From NCBI GenBank assembly GCA_964291625.2, contig OZ220089.1:4640001-4704000 (forward strand): 64,000 nucleotides of DNA, read 5' to 3'. How positions within the stretch are numbered: the first letter of the stretch is position 1; each line of letters starts with the position of its first letter. Source of the stretch: Candidatus Latescibacterota bacterium. Lineage in GTDB: Bacteria > Latescibacterota > UBA2968 > UBA8231. The notes beneath the pieces were generated by a model that was not told the DNA's origin, did not search any database, and saw only the letters and a program-made list of their open reading frames with translations. This document shows, piece by piece, positions 26,614 to 37,457 of the stretch. The position numbers and the translations under genes were made by a program.

Positions 26614-28485
26614 ATGACCGAGACGCCGGCCGCCGAGCCGTCCGCCGTGCGTGACGCGACCACGCGCCGACACGATTCCGTCGTCATCCGCTTCTCGGGC
26701 GACTCCGGTGACGGCATGCAGCTCACCGGGGACCAGTTCACCAACACCTCCGCCGTCCTGGGCAACGACGTGTCGACGTTTCCGGACTTTCCCGCCGAGA
26801 TCCGGGCTCCGGCCGGGACCATTCCCGGGCTGTCCGGGTTCCAGGTCAACTTCTCATCCACCGAGATCTACACCGCCGGCGACGAGCCCCAGGTGCTGGT
26901 GGCCATGAACCCGGCGGCCATCACGGCCAATCTCGAGGATCTGCGGCCCGGAGGGGTAATCATCGTCAACGAGGACGCCTTCACGCGCAACAACCTGCGC
27001 AAGGCGGGGTACGCCTCCTCCCCCCTCGACGACGACAGCCTGCGCGGATACGAGGTGCATCGCGTTCCCCTCACCACCCTGACGCGCAACGCGCTGGCGG
27101 ACGTGGAGGGGATGACGACGCAGCAGAAGGACCTGTGCAAGAACGCCTTCGCCCTGGGGCTGGCGTTCTGGCTCTTCGACCGTCCCCTCGAGACAACGCT
27201 GAACTTCTACGAGAAGAAGTTCGCCAAGCGCCCCCAGGTGGTGGAGGCCAACACCCGGGCCCTGAAGGCGGGATACGCCTTCGGAGAGACGTCGGAGGCG
27301 TTCTCGGGGCGCATGCAGGTGCCGAGCCGCACCGAGGTCGAGGCCGGGACCTACCGCCGGATCACCGGCAACGAGGCAGTCGTCCTCGGCCTCGCGGCGG
27401 CGGCCCACAAGGCGGGCAAGCCGCTGTTCTACGGCAGCTACCCCATCACCCCGGCGAGCCCGATCCTCGAGGGCCTGGCCGCCCTCAAGTCCTTCGACGT
27501 GCGCACCTTCCAGGCGGAGGACGAGATCGCCGCCATCGGCTCGGTCATCGGCGCCGCCTTCGGCGGAGCCTTGGCCGCTACCGCCTCCAGCGGGCCCGGC
27601 ATCGCCCTGAAGAGCGAAGGGATCAACCTCGCCGTGGTCCTCGAGCTGCCCATGGTGATCGTCAACGTGCAGCGCGGCGGCCCGAGCACGGGTCTGCCCA
27701 CCAAGACCGAGCAGGCGGACCTGCTCGAGGTGCTCTTCGGGCGCAACGGCGAGAGTCCGATGCCCGTCCTGGCGGCGGCGACCTCGGCCGATTGCTTCGA
27801 CCTGACCATCGAGGCCTGCCGGATCGCGGTCCGCCACATGACGCCGGTCTTCCTCCTGTCCGACGGCTACCTGGCCAACAACTCCGAGCCTTGGAGGATC
27901 CCCGACGTCGATTCCATCCCCCCCATCGAGGCCGCCCATCGGACCGACCCCGACGGATACCAGCCCTACATGCGCGATCCCCATACCCTCGCCCGGCCGT
28001 GGGTGCTGCCGGGGACCCCGGGGCTGGAGCACCGGATCGGGGGTCTCGGCAAGCAGGACGGCAGCGGCAACGTCTCCTACGACCCCGAGGACCACGAGGA
28101 GATCGTCCGCATCCGCGCCGACAAGGTGGCCCGCGTGGCCGACTCCATCCCCGAGGCGGAGGTCTTCGGCCCCGATCAGGGCGACCTGCTGGTCATCGGG
28201 TGGGGCGGGACCTTCGGGGCCATCCGGGCGGCGACGGAGCACATGCAGCAGCAGGGCCGGTCCGTGGCCAGCCTTCACCTGCGCCACCTGAACCCTTTTC
28301 CGAGGAACCTGGGCAACGTCATCGGCCGCTACCGTCAGGTGCTGGTGCCCGAGCTCAACATGGGGCAGCTGGCGATGCTGCTCCAGGCCCGGTTCCCGGT
28401 GCGGGTGGTGAGCCTCAACAAGGTTCAGGGGCAGCCCTTCAAGATCCGTGAGATCTCCGACAAGATCCGGTCGATCCTCGACTGA
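26614..28485 (+). CDS. korA: 2-oxoacid:ferredoxin oxidoreductase alpha subunit (gamma-alpha fusion)
   Basis: GDSGDGMQ, FPAEIRAP, SYPITPAS, QAEDE, SSGPG, QRGGPSTGLPT. Confidence 0.95.
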   Translation: MTETPAAEPSAVRDATTRRHDSVVIRFSGDSGDGMQLTGDQFTNTSAVLGNDVSTFPDFPAEIRAPAGTIPGLSGFQVNFSSTEIYTAGDEPQVLVAMNPAAITANLEDLRPGGVIIVNEDAFTRNNLRKAGYASSPLDDDSLRGYEVHRVPLTTLTRNALADVEGMTTQQKDLCKNAFALGLAFWLFDRPLETTLNFYEKKFAKRPQVVEANTRALKAGYAFGETSEAFSGRMQVPSRTEVEAGTYRRITGNEAVVLGLAAAAHKAGKPLFYGSYPITPASPILEGLAALKSFDVRTFQAEDEIAAIGSVIGAAFGGALAATASSGPGIALKSEGINLAVVLELPMVIVNVQRGGPSTGLPTKTEQADLLEVLFGRNGESPMPVLAAATSADCFDLTIEACRIAVRHMTPVFLLSDGYLANNSEPWRIPDVDSIPPIEAAHRTDPDGYQPYMRDPHTLARPWVLPGTPGLEHRIGGLGKQDGSGNVSYDPEDHEEIVRIRADKVARVADSIPEAEVFGPDQGDLLVIGWGGTFGAIRAATEHMQQQGRSVASLHLRHLNPFPRNLGNVIGRYRQVLVPELNMGQLAMLLQARFPVRVVSLNKVQGQPFKIREISDKIRSILD

Positions 28486-28506
28486 CGAACCCGGCGGAGC
28501 CAGCAG

Positions 28507-29523
<1,017 letters not shown>

Positions 29524-29529
29524 CCCCCC

Positions 29530-30075
29530 ATGATGGAGGCCGCCTCCCAAGTCGCCTTGTGCCCGGCCTGTGGGCACTCCAACATGGCAGGGACGGACCC
29601 GTGCGAGGAGTGCGGCCAGAGCCTCGTCGCCCCCGCGGAGGTCGAGGAGGGGGAGTCCTCGATCCTGCTGCAACCGCTTCTGAGCCTCAACCCCCGCCTT
29701 CCCGAGAGCGTCGAGCGCCACACCTCGCTGGCAGAGGCGATCTCGCGGCTCAAGGGCCGCAACGTGGGCTGCGTGCTGGTCACCAACCCCGGCGGCGAGC
29801 TCGTGGGGATCTTCACCGAGCGCGACGTGCTCTACCGCGTGGCCGGCCTGATCGAGAACCTGGAGGCGGTGCCGGTGGAGAGCCTGATGACGCCCGGACC
29901 GACGGCGCTGAAGCCCTCCGACCCGGTCAGCCGCGCCCTCCACATGATGGCGGTCCACGGCTTCCGCCATGTGCCGCTGGTGGACGAGGACGGGTGCCCC
30001 GTGGGATTCATCTCCCTGCGGGACATCCTCATCTTCATGGAAGAGAACTTCACGCGCCCCGGGGACGATCGCTGA
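29530..30075 (+). CDS. zinc-ribbon plus CBS-pair protein
   Basis: CPACG...CEECG at the N-terminus; GIFTERD, FRHVPLVD. Confidence 0.9.
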   Translation: MMEAASQVALCPACGHSNMAGTDPCEECGQSLVAPAEVEEGESSILLQPLLSLNPRLPESVERHTSLAEAISRLKGRNVGCVLVTNPGGELVGIFTERDVLYRVAGLIENLEAVPVESLMTPGPTALKPSDPVSRALHMMAVHGFRHVPLVDEDGCPVGFISLRDILIFMEENFTRPGDDR

Positions 30076-30106
30076 GCGTGTCCCCGCGGGGCGAGGGGAG
30101 CAGCCC

Positions 30107-30577
30107 ATGAGGCGGATATCAGGCTTTGCCGCCGCCCTCGGCCTTCTCTTCGGGGCCCTTCCGGCGGCCTCGGAGCTCGCCGACGTCGAGCTGGACAAGC
30201 CCAGGACCGTAACCCAGAGGGAGTGGCTCAGCCTGCGCCTGCAGGTGCTCGGGCTGCAGGTCTCCTATCCCGCCTACCGCGTCGGGCTCGAGCTCGCCGA
30301 GGGCAACAAGGTGCGCTTCGTCCTGTGGATAAGCACCCCCATGGCGGAGCATCTCCAGGAGTCCGGCCGCCGGGAGTCGGCGCGCCTCCTCAGCTACCAT
30401 GCCGAGGGCATTCGCACCCGGGTGGAAGAGATGCTCGAAGCGGACTTCCCGAGCCTGTGGAAGGGCTACCAGGAGCGCTCCGACTTCGGCGGGGAATTCA
30501 TGGCTCCGGGCGACGAGGTGGAGGATCCGCCTCAGCGCTGGGCGCGCTGGCACAAGGGCGCCTTTCGCTGGGACTGA
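30107..30577 (+). CDS. exported hypothetical protein
   Basis: Signal peptide, GGGGAG RBS, high-GC codon pattern. Confidence 0.65.
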   Translation: MRRISGFAAALGLLFGALPAASELADVELDKPRTVTQREWLSLRLQVLGLQVSYPAYRVGLELAEGNKVRFVLWISTPMAEHLQESGRRESARLLSYHAEGIRTRVEEMLEADFPSLWKGYQERSDFGGEFMAPGDEVEDPPQRWARWHKGAFRWD

Positions 30578-30592
30578 AGGCCCTCCGACCCC

Positions 30593-30829
30593 TCACTCGG
30601 GGTCGCGAGTCGATCCGATGCCCTCCACCGATTCGGCCAGGGTGATCGTCTTGTCGATCACCGGCCTCTCGGTGGTGATGATCCAGCCCTCGATCGTCTC
30701 TCCGAAGACGACGATCTGCTTCGGCGCCGCCTCGATCAATCCCGCCTTGCCGCCGTGCCGCTCCCGGTCGACGCAGAAGAAGGTGTGACGGCGGGTCACG
30801 CCTCTCTCTTCGATCTCGGTCCCTGACAT
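30593..30829 (-). CDS. small hypothetical protein (78 aa)
   Basis: GGAGAG RBS, starts 2 bp after the hemE stop, typical codon bias. Confidence 0.6.
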   Translation of the reverse strand: MSGTEIEERGVTRRHTFFCVDRERHGGKAGLIEAAPKQIVVFGETIEGWIITTERPVIDKTITLAESVEGIGSTRDPE

Positions 30830-30831
30830 TC

Positions 30832-31896
30832 TCAGCTCTCCCGGCCGTATCCCTGAACCGTCTCGACCAGCCGGACCACGCTGGCGTACGGGGTCTCCGG
30901 ATGGACCCCGTGGCCCAGGTTGAACAGGTGAGGGTACCCCTCCGTGGTCCGCAGCAGCCGGCCGACCTCCTCCTCCACCCGGTCGGGGTGGGCGAAGAGC
31001 CGCGCCGGGTCGAGGTTTCCCTGCAGGGGGATCCGGCCCTCCCAGCGACGGAACAGGGCGCCCAGGTCGGTGCGCCAGTCCAGGGAGAGGACATCCGCGC
31101 CGACCCGGTCGAGGGCGTCGACGAGGTGGGCGGAGTGGTTGGCGTAGTAGATGGCCGGCACGCCAAGGGCGTCGAGGTGGCGGAAGATGCGCTGTAGACG
31201 GGGGAGGACGACGGACTCGAAGTCGGCCAGCGACAGGCTCCCCACCCAGGTGTCGAACAACTGCAGGGCCTGGGCGCCGGCGCGGACCTGCATGGACAGG
31301 TAGTCGATGCTCACCTCGGTGAGCCTGTCGAGCAGGCCCAGGGCGGTGGACGGGTCGCCGTGCAGCAGCCGCCGGTAGCCGGTGAACTCCCGCGAGCGGG
31401 GCCCGCCCTCGGCCATGTAGGTGGCCAGGGTGAAAGGCGCCCCCGCGAATCCGATCAGGGGGATCCCGGGGGGGAGCCGCTGGCGCACGCGGCCGATCGT
31501 CTCGGCCACGTGGCCGAGGTCGCGCTCCGAGTCGATCTCCCGCAGCCGTGCCAGGTCCGCCGCGCCGGCCACGTGGTACTCGAGGATCGGAGCAGGCGAG
31601 AAGGTGACGGCGCAGCCCATGGGATCGACGGGCGTGAAGATGTCGGCGAAGAGGATGGCGGCATCGACGCCGAGGAGCTCGATCGGCATGAGGGTTACGT
31701 CGGCGGCCACCGCGGGATCCCGGAACATGGCCTCCATCGAGCCGATGCGCTTCTTGAGTTCGCGGTACGGGGACAGGATGCGTCCGGCCTGACGCATGAG
31801 CCAGACGGGCCGCCGGGAGCCGGCGCGTCCGCGGCAGGCGGCGAGAAACAGGGGCTCTTCGGCGGGCGCTTCGAGGCTCGGGGAGGGGAGGGTCAA
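30832..31896 (-). CDS. hemE: uroporphyrinogen decarboxylase
   Basis: PVWLMRQAGR, AAILFADI, LIGFAGAPFTL, QGNLDP, FNLGHG. Confidence 0.97.
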   Translation of the reverse strand: MTLPSPSLEAPAEEPLFLAACRGRAGSRRPVWLMRQAGRILSPYRELKKRIGSMEAMFRDPAVAADVTLMPIELLGVDAAILFADIFTPVDPMGCAVTFSPAPILEYHVAGAADLARLREIDSERDLGHVAETIGRVRQRLPPGIPLIGFAGAPFTLATYMAEGGPRSREFTGYRRLLHGDPSTALGLLDRLTEVSIDYLSMQVRAGAQALQLFDTWVGSLSLADFESVVLPRLQRIFRHLDALGVPAIYYANHSAHLVDALDRVGADVLSLDWRTDLGALFRRWEGRIPLQGNLDPARLFAHPDRVEEEVGRLLRTTEGYPHLFNLGHGVHPETPYASVVRLVETVQGYGRES

Positions 31897-31912
31897 CGCG
31901 CCGGCCGGAGGA

Positions 31913-34705
31913 TCACTTCCCGGGCTCGATCATCCACTCGGGAAGGGTGATGCGGTAGCGGCAGACATCCTCCTGGGGCGCCAGGCGGATGCCCTCCGCC
32001 GAGGCGTTGGCCGACACGACCTCCGGCTCCTCCGCATCGTCCCGGAAGGCGAGGACCCGCAGGGGCGGCATGCGGCGGTCCTTCCACAGGTGGGTGGGGT
32101 CGACCTCGAGGGGCTCCTCGCAGTCGAGGGGGTAGACGTCGATCACCCAGTCCTCGTGGGTGAGGACGGCGGCGCCGTCGAGGGTCAGGGGGCCCATGGT
32201 CATGCGTTGGCCCCGGGTGTCGCAGTAGAGATACTCGGCACAGGCGGCGTAGTCGATCCGCCCCGATCCGGCATCGGCCGAATAGACGAGGAGGCCGCCG
32301 GGGCCCCGGGCGAGGAAGGAGGCCGGCGGCAGACGGTAGGCAGTCTCCTCGTCCGCCTGGATGACCCAATCCTCCTCGCGGGCGCCGTTGACGTGGACCT
32401 GCAGGCCGTTGGCGTAGACCACGCGGATCTGGCTGAGCTCGTGGGCGCCGGCCACCAGGGCCTCGGTGGTCTCGAGCAGGTTGCCGCCGCGCTGGTAGTG
32501 GATCGATTCGGGCTTCACCCCCAGGTAGTGGTCCTGGAGAGCGTGCAGCATGTAGTAGGTCTTGGCCACCGCCGGCAGGCCCCATCGCTCCAGGTCGGGC
32601 AGCAGCCCGGCGTGGCCGTAGGCGATGACGGCGGCCAGGTAGCGGTCGAACCAGGCGCTGCGGGCGTGGCGTTCCTCCGTGGGGATCGTCTCGCCGAAAT
32701 ACTCCTCCGGGGCGCCGAGGCCGGCGTCGGTCTGGCGGTCGTGCAGCCAGCCCAGGGCGAAGTCGACGAGGAGCGGCTGCTGCGCCGGGGACTCGCCCCG
32801 GAGACAGCCCACCGCGCCCGAGAGCTGGCCGGCGTACAGCCAGTGGTTGCCGCCGTCGGCCACCACCGGAACGTCCTGCCGGCTGAGGGCGGCGAGCAGC
32901 TCCTGCTCGCACTGCCAGGTGTGGCGGAAGCTCGCGGGCGCCGCCAGGCGGACGTCCCGGTCGAGACGGGCCCAGGGCGGCGCGGCGGCGTGATCGGTGA
33001 GGTACACCGCCGAGGCCCCGTAGCGCTCGACGAGCCGCTCGACGCGTCCCGGGGCCAGGGACGCGGCCGCGTCCGGCTTGAGCAGGTAGCGCCCCGGGCC
33101 GGTCACCGTGTAGTCGCCCGACTCGTCGAGGGCGGCGGGGGCCTCCGGCCACGCCTCGTCGAGGGGGGAGATCTGCCGGAAGGAGGCGTTCACGGCGTAC
33201 TCGTAGCCGAGCTCGCGGACCGCCTCGAGGTACTCCAGGAGGGCGTCGTCGCCGCCCTTGGCCTCGGCTCCCACCGTGTCGATGGCCGGGCCCCCGAGGC
33301 CGTCGTGCCAGGTCGACTCGGGATGGAGCACGAGCAGGTCGCGCAGGCCGACCTGGCGGTACATGCGCAGGCGCTCGTAGGCCTCGATGTAGGCCTCCTC
33401 CCCCGCTTCCATCTCCGGCAGCTGGCACCAGATCGACCGCTTGGAGAGCGGCGCCGGCCCCTTGGCCTCGTCCACCTGGGGACGGGACGGCAGGACCTCC
33501 TCGAACCGCCGCGACACCGTGAGGAGCCAGCGCTCGTGCAGGGTGGCCCGGCGGCCGTCGGAAGCGGGCAGGTACCGGCAGCCGCCGTTCAGGTGCATGA
33601 GCTGGTCGGCCTCGGCGGGGGCGGCGTGCAGGGAGGAGGCCCGGGACCGGCACCAGTCGAGACAGCTGCTGACGAAGACGCCGGAGGTGCACAGCACGTT
33701 GGGCTGCCGGTCTCCGAGATTGAGGTAGGGGACCTGAATCAGGCGCGGATGGATCGCTCCCACCACGTACCCGAGCTCGACACCGGAGGCCCGGCCGCCG
33801 CCGCCTTCGAGCTCGACGACGAGCGACTTGCTCTGGATGTGGATCCGGTAGAGAAAGTCTGCCAGCTCGCTCCCCCGGCGAAACTGCCACCGCGCCTCGA
33901 CGGCGTCGCCCACCCGCTCGCAGCTGACGAAGTGGCGCTCGATCTCCTCGTCCTCGGGGCTCCACTCCCGCCCTTCCATGGAGACGGTGATGCCGCCGTC
34001 CTCGGCCAGCTTGATGGCGTCGCTGTTGTTGATCTCCACCTCGAAGTCGGAGAGGTTCCCCTCGATCGGGGTGTACACGTAGCGCACCACCGCCGACAGG
34101 GAACGCGCCTCGAAGACGAAGGAGATGCCGTCCTTCTGGATGGAATTCGTCACCTCCTCGGAGGTGGAGGGCTGCATCGAGGCGGGCTCTCCCGAGGCCG
34201 CCGGCGGGAGGGGCTGGGTGTCCTCCGCCTCGAAGGCGAGCCCCGAGAGGGTGATGTCGGCGGTCTCGCGGTGAAAGATGCCGCGGATCGCCAGCCCGGC
34301 GACGCTCGCCCCCGAGGGCAGGGTGCGGCGCAGCAGGTGACGGCCGGAGAAGTCGAGCCGGCCCATCGAGCGCTCCCGGCCTTCGCCCAGGAGGACGAAG
34401 AGCTCGGGCGCCTGGGCGTCGCCGGGGCCGGGGGCCTCGATCCACAGCCGGAGGGCGGCCGTGCCGGCGGGAACGGGGAGTGGGTGCGGGGCTCCGACGA
34501 CGGCTTCGCCGGCGCCGGTGCAGGAGATGAGGAGGCCGGTCTCACCCTCGGGCGAGGCCTCGCCCGACAGTCCTTCCCGGAAGTCGACCTCCCAGGAGCC
34601 GGCATCCTCCACCGGGGAAAGGCCGGGCTCCGGCTCCGGTCCCGCCTCGGCGGGACCGGGACGTCTGGCAGTCTCGATCTCCTCGCCGAGGTGAGAAAGC
34701 GTCAT
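31913..34705 (-). CDS. large hypothetical protein, possible glycoside-hydrolase-like TIM barrel (DUF5696-like)
   Basis: 930 aa ORF with strong codon bias and GGA RBS; family call is by resemblance only. Confidence 0.55.
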   Translation of the reverse strand: MTLSHLGEEIETARRPGPAEAGPEPEPGLSPVEDAGSWEVDFREGLSGEASPEGETGLLISCTGAGEAVVGAPHPLPVPAGTAALRLWIEAPGPGDAQAPELFVLLGEGRERSMGRLDFSGRHLLRRTLPSGASVAGLAIRGIFHRETADITLSGLAFEAEDTQPLPPAASGEPASMQPSTSEEVTNSIQKDGISFVFEARSLSAVVRYVYTPIEGNLSDFEVEINNSDAIKLAEDGGITVSMEGREWSPEDEEIERHFVSCERVGDAVEARWQFRRGSELADFLYRIHIQSKSLVVELEGGGGRASGVELGYVVGAIHPRLIQVPYLNLGDRQPNVLCTSGVFVSSCLDWCRSRASSLHAAPAEADQLMHLNGGCRYLPASDGRRATLHERWLLTVSRRFEEVLPSRPQVDEAKGPAPLSKRSIWCQLPEMEAGEEAYIEAYERLRMYRQVGLRDLLVLHPESTWHDGLGGPAIDTVGAEAKGGDDALLEYLEAVRELGYEYAVNASFRQISPLDEAWPEAPAALDESGDYTVTGPGRYLLKPDAAASLAPGRVERLVERYGASAVYLTDHAAAPPWARLDRDVRLAAPASFRHTWQCEQELLAALSRQDVPVVADGGNHWLYAGQLSGAVGCLRGESPAQQPLLVDFALGWLHDRQTDAGLGAPEEYFGETIPTEERHARSAWFDRYLAAVIAYGHAGLLPDLERWGLPAVAKTYYMLHALQDHYLGVKPESIHYQRGGNLLETTEALVAGAHELSQIRVVYANGLQVHVNGAREEDWVIQADEETAYRLPPASFLARGPGGLLVYSADAGSGRIDYAACAEYLYCDTRGQRMTMGPLTLDGAAVLTHEDWVIDVYPLDCEEPLEVDPTHLWKDRRMPPLRVLAFRDDAEEPEVVSANASAEGIRLAPQEDVCRYRITLPEWMIEPGK

Positions 34706-34771
34706 GACATCCTTCTGATTTGCGGGGGCTGCCGGGCGGCAGGTGAATTCGGTTCCGAACAGAAACAGAGG

Positions 34772-34799
34772 AAGCTAGACGTTCTCCTCGGGGTGTCAA
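34772..34799 (-). promoter_or_regulatory. probable promoter of the minus-strand operon (hypothetical-hemE)
   Basis: Minus strand TTGACA (34799-34794), 16 bp, TAGCTT (34777-34772). Confidence 0.5.
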
Positions 34800-34914
34800 G
34801 CAGATCGGACCCCGAGGAGCCTCATCCCGGGGTCTCCTCCATTTGTCGACAAGGTTGATATGCAGGGGGCTAATCGATTGCGGAAGAATGAATTGAACGC
34901 ATGTCGATACTGGT

Positions 34915-34943
34915 TTGACAGGAGCGGGGGACACCCATAGACT
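34915..34943 (+). promoter_or_regulatory. sigma70 promoter of lepA (probably leaderless transcript)
   Basis: TTGACA-17 bp-TAGACT ending 7 nt before ATG 34951. Confidence 0.7.
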
Positions 34944-34950
34944 CGCTGTC

Positions 34951-36753
34951 ATGGATCGCTCCCGCATCCGCAACTTCTGCATCATCGCCCACATCGACCA
35001 CGGCAAGTCCACCCTCGCCGACCGCCTTCTGGAGAGGACGCAGACCCTGGGCGCCGAGCAGATGCAGGCCCAGGTCCTCGACAGCATGGACCTCGAGCGC
35101 GAACGCGGGATCACGATCAAGGCCCACGCCGTGCGCATGCAGTACCGGGCCGCCGACGGCGGGGAGTACCAGCTGAACCTCATCGACACGCCGGGGCACG
35201 TCGATTTCACCTACGAGGTCTCCCGCAGCCTGGCCGCCTGCGAGGGCGCCATCCTCGTCGTCGACGCCACCCAGGGCGTCGAGGCGCAGACGGTGAGCAA
35301 CCTGCTGCTGGCCATGGACCACGACCTGGCGGTCATCCCCTGCGTCAACAAGATCGACGTGGCGGGGGCCGACGTGGCCGCCGTGGAGCAGCAGATCCTC
35401 GATCTCATCGGCGGCGACCGCGCCGAGATCCTGCCGATCAGCGCCAAGGAGGGAACCGGCGTCGAAGAGGTGCTGGCGGCGGTGGTCGAGCGCATCCCGG
35501 CGGCGGCGGGCTCGGCGGAGGCCCCGCTCCGGGCGCTGGTCTTCGACTCCCTCTACGACAACTTCCGCGGCGTGATCTGCTTCATCCGCATCGTCGACGG
35601 CTCCATCAGGAGGGGGCAGCGCGTGCGCTTCCACTCCACGGGCCGCGAGTACGAGGTGGAGGAGATCGGCATCCTGCGCCTGGGTCGGTTCGCCGCCGAG
35701 GAGATGGGGACGGGCGAGGTCGGCTATCTCATCGCCGGAGTGCGCGATCTCGGCGAGGCCCGTGTCGGAGACACGGTGATGGAGGCCGGGAGTCCCGGCG
35801 AGATCGAGCCCCTGCCGGGGTACCAGCCCCTCAAGCCGATGGTGTTCTCGGGCCTCTTCCCGGTCGACGCCGACGCCCACGCCGATCTGCGGGGCGCCCT
35901 GGAGCGCCTGCGGCTCAACGACGCGGCCTTCACCTTCGAGCCCGAGAACTCGCCGGCCCTGGGCTTCGGCTTCCGCTGCGGCTTCCTCGGTCTCCTGCAC
36001 ATGGAGATCGTGCAGGAGCGCATCGACCGGGAGTACCGGATCGACCTGATCACCACCCTGCCCAACGTCCGTTACGAGGTCCTGCGCACGGACGGCAGCA
36101 GGCTCGAGGTGGAGAACCCCGCCCACCTGCCGCCTCCCGGCGAGATCGACGAGATCCGCGAGCCGATCCTCGAGGCGCAGATGCTGGTGCCCGCCGGGTA
36201 CATCGGCCCGGTGATGCAGGTCTGCAACGAGCGCCGGGGCTCCTACCGGAACACGGAGTACCTCGACGCCAGCCGCGCCATCCTCCACTACGACCTGCCC
36301 CTGGCCGAGGTCGTCGTCGACTTCTACGACCGACTCAAGTCCGTGTCCCGGGGATACGCCTCCTTCGACTACGAGCACAAGGAGATGCGGGCCGGGCCCC
36401 TGGTCCGCCTCGACATCCTGATCAACGGCGACCTCCTCGACGCCCTGGCGGTGATCATCCACCGCGACAAGGCCTACGAGTGGGGCCGGCGCCTGTGCTC
36501 CAAGCTCAAGGAGCTGATCCCGCGGCAGATGTTCGAGGTGGCCATCCAGGCGGCCATCGGCAACAAGATCATCTCCCGGGAGAGCGTGAAGCCCTTCCGC
36601 AAGAACGTGATCGCCAAGTGCTACGGAGGCGACGTGACGCGCAAGCGCAAGCTCCTGGAGCGGCAGAAGGAGGGCAAGAAGCGGATGAAGCAGGTGGGCA
36701 GCGTGGAGATTCCGCAGGAAGCCTTCCTGGCGGCCCTGCAGCTCGAGGAATAG
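34951..36753 (+). CDS. lepA: elongation factor 4 LepA
   Basis: IRNFCIIAHIDHGKSTLADR, RERGITIK, DTPGHVDF, GFRCGFLGLLH, KCYGGD. Confidence 0.99.
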   Translation: MDRSRIRNFCIIAHIDHGKSTLADRLLERTQTLGAEQMQAQVLDSMDLERERGITIKAHAVRMQYRAADGGEYQLNLIDTPGHVDFTYEVSRSLAACEGAILVVDATQGVEAQTVSNLLLAMDHDLAVIPCVNKIDVAGADVAAVEQQILDLIGGDRAEILPISAKEGTGVEEVLAAVVERIPAAAGSAEAPLRALVFDSLYDNFRGVICFIRIVDGSIRRGQRVRFHSTGREYEVEEIGILRLGRFAAEEMGTGEVGYLIAGVRDLGEARVGDTVMEAGSPGEIEPLPGYQPLKPMVFSGLFPVDADAHADLRGALERLRLNDAAFTFEPENSPALGFGFRCGFLGLLHMEIVQERIDREYRIDLITTLPNVRYEVLRTDGSRLEVENPAHLPPPGEIDEIREPILEAQMLVPAGYIGPVMQVCNERRGSYRNTEYLDASRAILHYDLPLAEVVVDFYDRLKSVSRGYASFDYEHKEMRAGPLVRLDILINGDLLDALAVIIHRDKAYEWGRRLCSKLKELIPRQMFEVAIQAAIGNKIISRESVKPFRKNVIAKCYGGDVTRKRKLLERQKEGKKRMKQVGSVEIPQEAFLAALQLEE

Positions 36754-36768
36754 CGGCCGGGGACCGCC

Positions 36769-37457
36769 ATGGCGAAGAGGAAGTCCTCCCGCACCCGGCG
36801 CCGGAGATCGAAGGGGTCCCGTTCCCGCCGGCGTTCCCTCCTCCGGACCCTGGTCCTGGCCGGCCTCGGCCTGGTGGTGGTGAACACCCTCTTCCTGGGA
36901 GGGCATCCCGTGCGCGCCGGGGGCATGGAGGACACCCTGATGCCCGGGGACCGCCTGCTCTTCGAGAGGGTGACCTACGGCATGCCCATCCCCCTCGTCG
37001 GCGCCCTGCCCGCCCTCGGAGAGCCGTCGCCCGGAGACCTCGTCCTCTTCCGCGTCCCGGGCGAGCCGTACCGGACCTACCTGCAGCGCTGTGTCGCCGT
37101 GGCCGGTCAGAGCGTCGAGATCAGGGACAAGGCGGTATTCGTCGACGGCGAGCGGTTCCCGGACCCCCCCCGGTCCAAGCACCTCGACCCCCGCATCCTG
37201 CCCGGCGGGGCAGCCGCCGGGACAACCTGGGCCCGGAGCGGGTGCCGCCGGGCCACCTCTTCGTCATGGGCGACAACCGCGACCGCAGCCGCGACAGCCG
37301 GCAGTGGGGGTTCCTGCCGGTGGCCAACGTCGTCGGCCGGCCCCTGGCCGTCTGGTTTTCGGCCGAGCCCGCCGCCACGGATGGGCGCCTGCTGGCCGGC
37401 CTGGCGAGCCTGCCCGGCCGCCTGCGCTGGGGCCGGCTCGGGGCGGCGGCGCGATGA
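36769..37457 (+). CDS. lepB: signal peptidase I homolog lacking the Ser/Lys dyad; one frameshift at G4 run 37207-37210
   Basis: TM, AGGMEDTL (canonical SGSMxPTL), YLQRC (canonical YIKRV), MGDNRDRSRDSR.WG box E in the second frame; follows lepA. Confidence 0.8.
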
